64,000 nucleotides of DNA, taken from contig OZ260666.1 in assembly GCA_965285935.1 (NCBI GenBank), positions 51,460,001 through 51,524,000 on the forward strand. The letters run 5' to 3'. This DNA is from Ophelia neglecta. Lineage: Eukaryota. Of the stretch, positions 53,301-64,000 are shown piece after piece. The notes beneath the pieces are model-generated. The model was not told the DNA's origin and did not search any database. It saw only the letters and a program-made list of their open reading frames with translations. A program made the position numbers and the translations under genes. Every line of letters starts with the position of its first letter. Within the stretch, counting starts at the first letter, position 1.

Positions 53301-54982
53301 ACTACCATAATGAACTACCAACCTTTGTACTGACTTAAGAAAGAGTCTCAGTTCATTTCACAAGTAGAATTCCAAATTTTAATAATTAGTTTGGAAATAT
53401 TCCTGATTGGTAGGAATATGGCAAAAGGACATGTTTTTTTATTTTTTACTATTTACATTGTCATTTTACATATCAGTACATGTATTTAACAATTAGGCCA
53501 ATTATGCAAGCAAAATAAAATTCCTTTTATATATGATTCGGGTTTCAATAATCAATGTGCAATAGAGTTGCAATTCTGGACTGTTTTTTGGATTCTTTTT
53601 TTTTCAAAATTACTACTGATATAATGCAAATTATTCAATGTTATTGTTTGCAGGGATGAATACCCTATATTTGGCCATGAACTGATTAACTTGTTGCAGA
53701 CTTCTGAAAAAGTTGTCACCATTGCAATGGAAATTAACAAAATGGCTTAATTTTATATCAAATGTGAATTCTTAAGTATGGCCACAACACCTTTGGTAAT
53801 TGGCAAAACTGATAATTTTAGGTGGCATTTCTTACCATTTCAGGCAAGTTCTAGTGTTCTGAGCAAATGTTATTTAGTAGGGCTTATCTGGGACTCTATA
53901 AAATTTGGGATTTTATATATTGTAGTTGCAGTTCTTGATATTTAAAAAAAAATCAGTTTCTTTAAGGGGTTATGATTATTGTGGAAAGATGATTTCTTTT
54001 GAGGTCAACAGGTTTGCAGATAATTTGACAATCCATACGAATAGGTGGGGGCCATGATTTCTTAATGCCTTGTAGTAATAGAGCTTAGCTTGTTACTGGC
54101 TTTTTACCAGGCTCTACACATAAATATACATATATCTATATAAAAGAGAATAAAACTTCCAATTGACTTGAATAAATTTACCCCATGTAGAGTGAAAATC
54201 TGTATACTGAACCTTTTGTGTGATTGAATTGATATACATGTGCAGTGACATTTTTATTCTATTCGAGCAATTATAAAGTGAATTTTTGTTGCAGCAGCTG
54301 ATTGCAAATGTCTTAAGAAGTAGGGGGGGGGGGGGGGGGGAGGGGCGCAGTGCATTGTTTTATTTAATACATGGTCTGTATTACCGAATTAAATGCAACA
54401 AATCCATCTTTCTGAAGACAAGTGTATATTTCTGTAACAAAATAAAGCTGCAGTAGCATTATTTAGATGGGCAAAGGGTGAAATTGCTTTTTTTGGGTCA
54501 CAGCCTGGCTCCAATATGATGGTAATGTTACAGTGTGTTACAATATTCTACTTACAATGTGTTACAATGTATGTCAGTTTAATTTTCACCTGCTACCATT
54601 CATAATCTGCATTTTCACATGGACATGTTATAAGTAGATTTACCTGTATGTACTGTGATATCTCATTACCACTGTTGGCTCCAAAATTTTAATATTTATT
54701 TCTTTAACATGTTTTCACAGTTTTAGTTTATTTTAGTGTCCTATTAATCTGTACCATAATGATCCCATTATACCTGGTTCATCAAATGCAAGAAAGAATA
54801 TTTTCCTTCTAGAATAGTATTTAATATATTTATACATATATATCATAGTGTAGGCAGTTTGAATGCTGTGAATACTTTCAGATCTGTCCTTTGCATTTAA
54901 TGTTAGAATTTCTTAATGACTTATATTAAGTTCCTATATTATATAATATCTTTCATAACTGTATGTCTTCTGCCCTTTCCAG

Positions 54983-55370
54983 CAATTGTAAGAAGTTTGG
55001 TACCCAGACATGGATTGTAGCCACAATAATTTTGACTGAGGTTCTGATAACACTAAAATTTGACTGGGAGACGATCACACAGCCCCTTCCACCCCATGTG
55101 GCCACCTTCTGGATCTTGGGGGTGATTGTCCTGGGCTTGTGGACCATCTGGCACTTCTATATACAGAGGCTGGTCTGGCATACAGAACAGAAACTGGAGA
55201 ATTCCAAGGCAGGTCTGCTTGCTGCTAACAACAACTTGGAACCAGCGGACCAAATTAAGTCACTCAACCACCAGAAAAATATGACAGCAAAACTTAACAG
55301 TGGTATTGCTGAAAATGGTCAAACTTCATCACCTTCCAAAACCAAGTCAAAAGCTAAGAAGGCTCATTAG
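54983..55370 (+). CDS. PTDSS2: PSS2 exon 10 (last)
   Basis: Acceptor TTTCCAG|C; encodes NCKKFGTQTWIVATIILTEVLITLKFD...KAKKAH*. Confidence 0.95.
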
Positions 55371-57883
55371 TATAGATTTCTTATTGGCCGAGTCGACCTT
55401 AATTGTTGTTGTGAACCCTGATAGGACTTACCTTCAATGGGTATAGGTAGCTGGCTCTCATATAGCACCTACACCTTCATCCCTTGTGATAATGTGCAAT
55501 GATCCATATCAGAGATGGTGTATATAACATGTTGTATATAGCAACTTCACATATATTGCTATATAACCTTTATATTTGTATAAAAGCAAGCTTACTATCT
55601 TGACCTGTATATATATATAAATATATATATGTGGTAATCCTATAAAATACTTTTTATTTTCTGCAAGGGGATGGTTTTATCTCTTCTAACAGAACAGCTG
55701 GATGCCATAATTGCCTGATCCACTAAACATATATTACCGTACTGGTACTTAACTGTGCTAAGTGACCAAATGAGATGATATCCTATATTATTTTGTTAAT
55801 TTACCATAATTGGTTTCAATGTATTTGGTGCAGCCTTCACCATCTCAGTTTGTGATATTCACCTTTTGATACAGGTAGGTTATAAACTTTGTACAACAGC
55901 CACAAGTAAAGAAGTGGATGTATTTCCAAGCTGGGAGTCTTGAAAGTTGTAATTGTCAGTAAGTGATACGTGTAAGTGATGAGCTCAGGGTGAGAGGATG
56001 TATGGCCTACCAGTCTGTTCTCTGTCTATAGTCAGCTAAGTTCTGATCACCCTTCGACAGAAATGTCATGTCTGCTTAATGGCCAACAGCATGTTTCTAC
56101 ACACTTTCAAATATAATATTGCATTGGATGTACATATTTTCCAGTGTATTTTATTGCCCATACACGGAATCCACCGATACAAATTTTTTGTGGATATAGC
56201 TGAAAACTGGTAGCCCACCACAAGTTGCATGATTTGTATCTTTATATACCTTTTTCGGGGATATTTTTATAATCATTATATCAATTTTGATATTTTCGTA
56301 ACCATTTATTCATGGTATTGAGGTTCACATTCAGTAGTATGCTCTCTAGGATATAAAGACAATCTTAAGCCAGATAAACCAATGATGTTTTATTTGCTAA
56401 GACACAAACTTTAACTCACATGTGTTGTTTTCTCAGAGATGAAGTGAAACATGTTCTTTCTCAGACAAGAAATAAAAAGTATTTGTTAAGTCTTTTGCAT
56501 TTTTATGGTTAAGTACAGTTTATAAAAATCAAAATTTTTGGTCTGTTTAAGTTGGTTTTTAAGTTAATTGCTTAGGTGAATTCTCATCTCAAATATTATA
56601 TTTAAACTATAACTTTGTAAATTTTAGTTAGTTGATAACAGTCGAACTGCTAACTTTGTCCATAGCTTTTCTGTGTATTGATCTCGTATACGTGTATGTC
56701 TTTGGTTTTCGAGTTTAAGCTTCTTTTGGTTGATGATCTTTTTTCAAAATAATAATAGGATTAGTTATGCATGTTATTCATAACCTTGTGACACAATCAG
56801 GAATTTTTTTATTTCTTTCTGTTCTCAATACTCTTACAATATGGTTCAGTGTAAGTTTTTGAAGACAAAAAGTCCTGTATCATGTCTACGTAAGTTTGTG
56901 GGAATGTTTGTATATTTATTTTCATTGACATGTCCTTTATTATGTACAACTTAAACAAGTCTAGTTTTTGCCTGTTCTTAATGGTCAAAGCAGCAAATTT
57001 CTTTGAACAACATAATAAAGAGCACTGGCTGAAACTGTAATTTAAGATTTCTGAAATAGGCCAGAAACATAATACTTAAGGAAGATGTGGGGCAGAAAAT
57101 ATATTATTGTGGTGCATTAATGGCCAAATATTTTGTGCTTTAGTACTTCTGCCACCTCCTCCCCCATATGAAACTTGATCACAATTGGTGCATTTCATGG
57201 TCATTGTGTGCTGTGAGTCAGTCAAAAGCACCATTAATGTGCACAATTTGTTTAATTTAAGCATCACTACCCACCAGAGTAAATTCTTAAAGGAATCCTA
57301 TGATAGAAAGTACATTAGATTTTTCAACTGAAACAAATCAACATCACCTATCGTAAAATTGCTTTCAGTGTAAAATAATTACATGTTAAATTGTTTTCAA
57401 TGTAGAAATAAGATACCAGTAAAATTGCTTTCAATGTTAAAAGATTAAGGCCAGCTTTCTTGGTTGTGGTGATGTTCCACATATAAGTATACATGTAATT
57501 ACATATAAAATTACCTAAACTGTATGTATGAGCATGTCAAGCATGATTTTTCTACTAACACTGTTCTGTCTAATCAAGCCTGAACTTGTGACCAAATTAT
57601 CTTATGATCATGTAGGACCAGTTGGTGGTAACTGTATGAGCATACAAGTGATGTCTTTAGTGCCTTGTTCTGTAGATTTTATTGCAATCCCAGGAGTTAT
57701 TTTTGTTTGCATATGTTTTACTGTAGGTACTAGAATTCGGCCACAAAGCATATATATATCAGTTTAATATCTATTGCAAGTAATGGTTTGCTTTGTGCTT
57801 TCAACTTGAAAAAGTCTTTTATTATAATCCTTCACCATGGAAAATAGGACTGTTTCAAATGTTTGTAATTATCTGTAAAACAC

Positions 57884-57889
57884 AATAAA
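57884..57889 (+). terminator. Candidate distal polyadenylation signal of PTDSS2
   Basis: AATAAA with downstream TTTTTGTTTTT. Other AATAAA motifs lie at 56471 and near 57015. Confidence 0.4.
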
Positions 57890-59023
57890 GTTATAAATGA
57901 TATTTATGACCACCAGTGGCCAGTTTTTGTTTTTAATCTAGAGACAAAGATGCATCTCAGAAAGTCATGTGAAAATGGCTAGTAAGCTGAGATGGATAGC
58001 TATGGGTGAATGGATGCATGTAAAGACGACTAAGTCCCGATTCCAAAGATGTATCTGAGAGAAAATAAGCTAGAAAATCAAAATCCTGTATTGCAAAGAT
58101 GCATCTCAGAAATGCATGTAAAACAACTAAGTCCCGATTCCAAAGATTAGCTGAGGTGGTTAGCTGTAGGTGAATGCATGCCCACTCTATATATGTGGGG
58201 AGCGTGTGTGCCGTGAATGTGAACGGGAGAGCATGCATGTGTAGGGACTGTTGTTCACAATCTATAGTACGGCAAATGGGTGGCTGTCAGGCAGTGACTG
58301 TTGTCAGTCCTCCGGCAAACAGCCCGTATAGGAGCGGAGAAGGAAAGGCTATACTAGCTTGATCGTCCTGGGAAGTCGATGTGGATCAAAGTCAACTTGA
58401 ATAGTCCAACGACGCCTAGCGGCGTCGCCTGGATGCCTCCACCAAGATGTTTATTAGCGGAAGAAAGATTTAGGGAAAATTGGTCAGAAGCAGATGTAGT
58501 GCTGCAAAGGAGACAAAAGTGAGAGTAATGGAAATAGTATGGTACAATTATGTAGAACTTTTTAAATGGTATAAAATGTGAATGTAGCAAAGGAGATGGT
58601 TAATGGAAGGTGTGATGTAATTGTGTTCGGCTAAGAGTAGAAAAACTGAATGAGGCAAGTTGGCTTGAATTATTGAAATAGTTATTAAGTTGTATTGTAT
58701 TAAAGTTGATACAAAATGGTTCCCAGGTGTGCAGTTGAAGGAAACTAATAAAATCTAGTAAAAACACAAGCTTATAATGCTAACAGGCTATGGTTGTTAT
58801 CCAATGTTTTTAAGGAGAAGTGACTTCGAAACACAGCAATTTATTGTAAGATAAAGTGGAAAAGTGCACAGGAAATACTATATTAAGACTAAGCACAAGT
58901 AATATCAGAACATTAATTAAGCAATATGTAAAAATTTCAAGATGAAATGTCAGTATAGCATAGTAGGTCCTAGGGAAACCAATGGGAGGCCTCCAAACAT
59001 TCAACACGTGGCGGCAGCACGCC

Positions 59024-60262
59024 AATGCATTTCTAAATTATTTCACTCGACGGCCATCTTGTTTTTCGGATCTCACCCAAAAACTTTTTCAACACACCGC
59101 AATGTCCCATTGATGACTTCCATAAAGTTTGGGAATAATCCCTGCATCCGTTCATGAGATTTTGTGCGACATACAATCCTAACCTGATGAATCTTGGCGG
59201 CCTTCTTGTTTTCCGATTGGTCCGAAAACAATATGAAAAATAAAACAATATGAACAAGAATAAATAAACCCAAGGTGATATTCAAGGACACCACTGGATT
59301 CCTTGTGTATGATTTCCTATTAGTGTTTAAAACATTTTATATGCCTATCTCTCACCATTCAGATTTGACTTTGAAAAATAAACCCAAGGTGAAATTCAAC
59401 GTTACCACTGGATTCCTTGTATATGATTTCCTATAAGTGTTCAATACATATTATGTGCCTATCTCACACCGTTAAGCTTCCATAAGATCCCATGTTAATG
59501 CATTTCTAAATGATTGCCCTCGGCGGTCATCTTGTTTTTCCGATCTCGCCCAAAACCTTTTCAGCGCACTGCAATGTCCCATTAATGACTTCCATGAAGT
59601 TTTGGAATAATCCCTGCATCTGTTCAAGAGATTTTGCATGACTTACAAACCTAACCTGATGAATTGTGGCGGCCATCTTGTTTTCCAATTGGTCCGAGAT
59701 CAATATGAACCAAAAATAAACCCAAGGTGAAATTCAAGGACACCACTGGATTCCTTGTGTATGATTTCCTATTAGTGTTTAAAACATTTTATATGCCTTT
59801 CTCTCACCGTTAAGATTTGACCTTGAAATATAAACCCAAGGTGAAATTCAACAATACCACTGGATTCCTTGTATATGATTTCCTTTTAGTGTTCAATACA
59901 TATTATGCGCCTATCTCACACCGTTTAGCTTCCAAAAGATCCCATGATAATGCATTTCTAAATTATTGCCCTCGGCAACCATCTTGTTTTTCTGATCTCG
60001 CCCAAAACCTTTTCAGCACACCTGATGTCCCAATGATGACTTCCATGAAGTTTCAGAAAAAAAATCCCTTCATCCGTTAAAGAGATTTCGCGCGACATAC
60101 AAACCTTACCTGATTGATTGTAGTGGCCATCTTGTTTTTCCGATCGGTCCGGAAACAATATTAAATCATCCTCTACTAGCCATAACAAACTTCCATGAAG
60201 CCACAAGTGAATTCCTCAAAGCCCTGAGGAGTTATAGCCCTTCGGGGCGGAGGCATAAAAAA
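59024..60262 (+). repeat. Composite tandem repeat (~460-bp unit x ~2.6 with ~113-bp internal duplication), Helentron/HINE-like
   Basis: AATGCATTTCTAAAT..GCCATCTTGTTTTT units at 59024, 59497 and 59949. Subunit ATAAACCCAAGGTGA.ATTCAA..ACCACTGGATTCCTTGT near 59262, 59377, 59715 and 59826. Ends in GCCCTTCGGGGCGGAGGCATAAAAA (short hairpin plus A tract). Confidence 0.8.
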
Positions 60263-60719
60263 ATGTCCAAGGCCTATTGGCACAAAAAGCTGCCACAAAA
60301 AAGTCTGCTAAAAAAGTTTTTGTTACCCAGTTCACCCCTCCCATATTTCTTGTCACCGGTATAAAAATCTCACTTTTACTGATCAATTATTTATAACATG
60401 ATGCTGAATTAATCTACTTCATGGGCATCTTAAATACTCCAACATTGAGGTTCCCACTTTTGGCTAAGTCAAAGCAAGAGTAGGATCCCCCTCCAAAGAT
60501 CCCCCAAAACATAGCTCAAATAAAAAAAAAGTGTTTCCTTAAAACTTTGTTGAAAGGTCACAGACCCCCCTGCCAAATATTCTATTGGCTGACAACACTG
60601 GAAATAATGGGATGTAATAACCTGTCTCATCCAAAATGAGACCAATATCGAAAAAAAAAATTTGCCAATCATTATTATTTTCCATTGCAATGGCAACTAA
60701 ATATATTAGGATATCTAAC

Positions 60720-61012
60720 ATAAGTTAAACAGATCATGTTGGGCCTAAAATGTTCCTCCCTGCCAATTTTACCTCTGTGGCTATCTTGTTGATAAGCTTT
60801 TGTCACCATATTGCTGAAGAGGAAAGTAGTATATGCACAAGGGTGGCACCACCTATTACAAACAAATTTCCCAGGCCTATATACCATACCTGTGGAATAT
60901 ACTTACTGTGGACCAAATGGTTGCTGAGAAAAATTCACCAAACATATGGTGGCGGCAGAGAACATGGCCCAATGCATATCCCCCCACTTTTTTTCAAAAA
61001 AGGGTGGGGGAA
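60720..61012 (+). repeat. Short HINE-like element with 3' palindrome
   Basis: Ends in the stem-loop CCCCCAC-TTTTTTTCAAAAAAGG-GTGGGGG, with an internal GTTGCTGAGAAAAA motif. Confidence 0.45.
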
Positions 61013-61185
61013 ATCTGAATTAGTGTAGCTATTTCCATTGATCAGCGGCCAAGCAAACTTCCATTCAAGGACACTGTATGACAATGCAGCCAAACAAATA
61101 TTTCCCGACAGAAGGCACAGGGTATTGTTTTACCAAATTTGTAATGACAGATGAGTCAAGTATATGTATAATATGTAAACAGTAT

Positions 61186-61191
61186 TTTATT
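61186..61191 (-). terminator. Candidate polyadenylation signal of TMBIM6
   Basis: AATAAA on the minus strand about 790 nt past the stop; a second lies at 61480-61485. Confidence 0.45.
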
Positions 61192-61979
61192 CAAAAAGGT
61201 TTAGTTTTGAAAGGACATATTTGTACAATTTAAAGAAATTATATAAGTAACAGGATTGTTGTCAGTATTTTTCAGTTGAAAAGAGCAGTGGCAATAAAGA
61301 AGGAATAAGAGGGTTATATAATTATACATTGAGAACTGGAATATTAACATATAAAACTCTTTACTATCATAGTTTTTACTATTTTAGCAAAGTTTGAAAC
61401 CAAATCATTTTAGAACAACCTTTCTTTTTATGTAGCAGCTTCATATCTGTCAATGTAAATTAAGATTAAACCCATACTGTTTATTGAAAAAAGTTACATT
61501 AATTCTATACTAATTTACCTGGTAGATATCAACAAAATTTAACAACATCACAAGCAATATAGTAGATTATTAATTCCAAATCCTTTTTATAATTAATTGA
61601 AGGCATTGTACTTCTATTAAAATAATATGTGTTACATTTATCACACTGAACAGAAAAAGAAAAATCGCTCAGCTTTTAATTTCCCCAAAGAAGTCATATA
61701 TACAAATGTTAGCATAAACATTGTTTTCGTACATTTCAATTCAGTCCCAGCAAAAGATTTTAAACTGAAATTAGGATTATTTGACCAAATAATGTTTTCA
61801 ATATGCTCTTTTTTTACAACATTAATTTGTGCATCACTACACCAGAAGACATTAAACGAAAGTATTTCAGTCTTAGACGGCCAGGGTAATAACAAAGTCA
61901 GGGATAAGCATTGCTACCTAAAGCAGAACTAACATCAATATGAGGCCTATCTTCTGGTTTTTTGCACACACAAATATTT

Positions 61980-62076
61980 TTAATCCCTCCTTTTCTTCTT
62001 GTCTTCCTTGCTTGCCAGAATCATCATGAGACGACGGAATATCTGTATGAAGTCGATGAACAAGTCGACGCTGTGC
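61980..62076 (-). CDS. TMBIM6: Bax inhibitor-1, last exon
   Basis: Acceptor TTTTATATTCCAG|G; encodes (W)HSVDLFIDFIQIFRRLMMILASKEDKKKRRD*, the typical BI-1 C-terminus. The ORF track shows a different frame here. Confidence 0.95.
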
Positions 62077-62416
62077 CTGGAATATAAAAAAATACATGTA
62101 TATCGGCGTCAAAAGGATGCCTCCACATGCACCAGGGGAAGCATGTAACCAGGATTTAGGGGTAGACGCTCCTCCTTAGTTGAGTTGGTGTTAGTTCGGT
62201 CCCTTCGAGTGGAGGCTTTGAAACCTTTTATACTATATTTTTGCCATAGCAGTATTCAGGACAGTATGCCCTAATAGAAAACATGTACAACACTTGTGAT
62301 AATGCAACGTGACACGAGTCATGTAACACCTACCAAATGCAATTTTTAGTTGCTCTTAATTTACTTCTCTTGTACTAAATTTTAAACTCATAATTTAAGG
62401 TAGACACACTGCTTAC

Positions 62417-62517
62417 CAAATAAAGTCATCATCGCCTCTTCTGCGTTTTTCTACAATAAGCTGGGTGTCATAAAGGACAAATGCACACATTATGACAAAG
62501 CCAAGGTACAACTCAAC
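62417..62517 (-). CDS. TMBIM6: Bax inhibitor-1 exon
   Basis: [33 protein letters not shown](W), with the DTQxIxEK motif. Confidence 0.96.
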
Positions 62518-62909
62518 CTGCAGAGAAAAGCAAAGATGATTTAGCTATTTAAAATAGTAAGAGCAAAGGGTACTTGATTTATCTAAATAAACTGCCATGT
62601 TTCTACGACTGAAGTAGTATAGGCAGCAAGTCTGTTCCATACCAAACAAAAGTTCTGAAAAGCCGACACAGTGTCAATAATGGTGACTGTAAATTAGAAG
62701 CTGATAAATACAAAGACAAAGAGCTGGTGGTAGAGCATACAACCTAATCCATACCTCCTTATTTATTGCTCATAAAAAAGGTCGGGACCAAAAATTTAAA
62801 AGTACAGGGGGTGGGGGGTATGCAGAGGAGACAGTGTGAGTGGTGGGGGAGGGGGGGGGGGTAGGAGGGGAGGTACGTGGAGTTTGTGTATCACAACACA
62901 TCACCTTAC

Positions 62910-62989
62910 CTCAAACATGAACTGGGACCTGAAGAAAAGGTTAGCCAAGGACATCATCAAAAGCATTGACAAGCCAGACATCAACGACC
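62910..62989 (-). CDS. TMBIM6: Bax inhibitor-1 exon
   Basis: (G)SLMSGLSMLLMMSLANLFFRSQFMFE; donor GTAAGG. Confidence 0.95.
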
Positions 62990-63078
62990 CTGGTAATATA
63001 AACAGAAATCATGTCATCAACTGAATTTTGTAAAGCAAATTGAGCAAAAAGACATGTCAGGTAATATATACAACTTAC

Positions 63079-63176
63079 CTCCAAGGTATAGAAATTTGCG
63101 GTCATTACTCAGCAGAGAAGCCAAGGTAAAACAGACGAAGATCAGGGATGTTGCCATCAGTGATGTGGGGACAATG
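63079..63176 (-). CDS. TMBIM6: Bax inhibitor-1 exon (upstream exons appear to lie beyond the window)
   Basis: IVPTSLMATSLIFVCFTLASLLSNDRKFLYLG(G); TTTTGCAG acceptor and GTAAGT donor. Confidence 0.95.
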
Positions 63177-63832
63177 CTGCAAAACAATAATGCATGAAAT
63201 ATCATTCTCTTGCTTTGACATGTAGTAAATAACCCTCTGAGGTTGTATGGGGTCAAGGTGAAATAGAATTACATTGCCAGAGCATGCCTTGTTATATTAT
63301 CTATACACTCCCAAAACAATAAAAACCTTTACTGCTCAAATTAATCTCAAATAAAGAGAAAAAAACAAGGGCTAAGAGCCTCTACAATGGGCGTCGGAAA
63401 TGTGCTGTGACCGAACTTTGTTTAAGCCCTATACCCCTACATTGCAGGTGGCCCTTCATCGGAGGGACAGGACACCCGACACAATGGCTATGCAGAATTT
63501 ATTGTGATGAATTTATTAAATTATCTATAATGATAAGCTTATCAGTTGTATGTATTTAGTGTTATCATACATGGAATTTTGTTTCGTTATTCTTTTTTCA
63601 AAAATTATTAAAAAATATATTATGAATTTTTTTTGGGCAAACATTTCCATGAATAAGTTAACTGTGTTAATTTCCAGCAGAATAATATGAAATTCTGAAT
63701 GTAACTTTTCACAAAGTCCTCTTGAAGACATTGTGAAAAGTTACATGCATTCTACTTGAACAGCATGCGGTCACTTGTGGATTACGGTCCAGCGGTCTGA
63801 CATATTCTTAAGTTCAGTCCTTCAGAGTAGCG

Positions 63833-63967
63833 TAACCCTAGCCAAGATACGTAGCTCTAGGTCCATTTATAATGTCATATTTGGGCTATGCAGACACTGT
63901 GGGATCGTAGAGGTCCCAAATAATACGCGAGGAAGGGTCCAGGAGCTACGGATCTTGGCTAGCGTGA
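63833..63967. mobile_element. Small foldback MITE (~135 bp) in a TMBIM6 intron
   Basis: CTAGCCAAGATACGTAGCTC is inverted relative to GAGCTACGGATCTTGGCTAG (19/20). Confidence 0.7.
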
Positions 63968-64000
63968 CAAAGCTGTTACAAACAATTCGACTGTCAGCCA

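Noticed and set aside
49739-54345. Long poly-G runs as functional G-quadruplexes (also 2449, 2659, 39778, 62845)
   Set aside because: Homopolymer runs are common here, often repeat-derived, and their lengths are error-prone; there is no specific support.
50695-54982. Apparent missing PTDSS2 exon (pseudogene?) in the ORF track
   Set aside because: The exon was found manually at 50946-51091 with correct phases; the gene is intact.
61918-62112. 64-aa minus-strand ORF MTPIYMYFF...
   Set aside because: Wrong frame; the spliced frame encodes the BI-1 C-terminus.
44520-63176. Functional ER-membrane gene cluster (PTDSS2 + TMBIM6)
   Set aside because: Adjacency of two housekeeping genes in convergent orientation is not evidence of co-regulation without synteny data.
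1-64000. Hammerhead/twister/HDV ribozymes, SECIS elements or stop-codon readthrough
   Set aside because: The CTGATGA hits I checked lack a GAAA core with supporting stems, no in-frame TGA occurs within the reconstructed genes, and the stop contexts lack TGA-CTAG. By-eye inspection only; an Infernal scan would be decisive.

Overview
AT-rich, intron-containing animal genomic DNA. The repeat types suggest a marine invertebrate, probably a lophotrochozoan, but that is an inference. Four spliced genes were reconstructed by hand from GT-AG boundaries and reading-frame continuity. (1) An unnamed three-finger C2H2 transcription factor (+, main coding exons 11538-12487 and 12659-13839), with two candidate first exons and a probable ~6.2 kb 3' UTR. 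(2) Complete UBE2M/Ubc12, the NEDD8 E2 (-, 5 exons, 38177-26294, 184 aa). (3) Complete PTDSS2, phosphatidylserine synthase 2 (+, 10 coding exons, 44520-55370, 498 aa). (4) The last four exons of TMBIM6/Bax inhibitor-1 (-, 63176-61980). Repeats include two LINE relics, a tRNA-headed Meta/MESC-type SINE, TA-flanked Tc1/mariner-pogo-like MITEs, a hAT-like MITE with an 8-bp TSD, Helentron/HINE-like composite repeats and a 55-bp minisatellite. The best lead is the zinc-finger protein: it combines CtBP-type PxDLS motifs with a C-terminal helical segment resembling the MORC3/MORC4 C-terminus. This suggests a sequence-specific adaptor for MORC/CtBP silencing; the hypothesis rests on remembered sequences and needs a profile search. 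Most short ORFs in the supplied track appear spurious.
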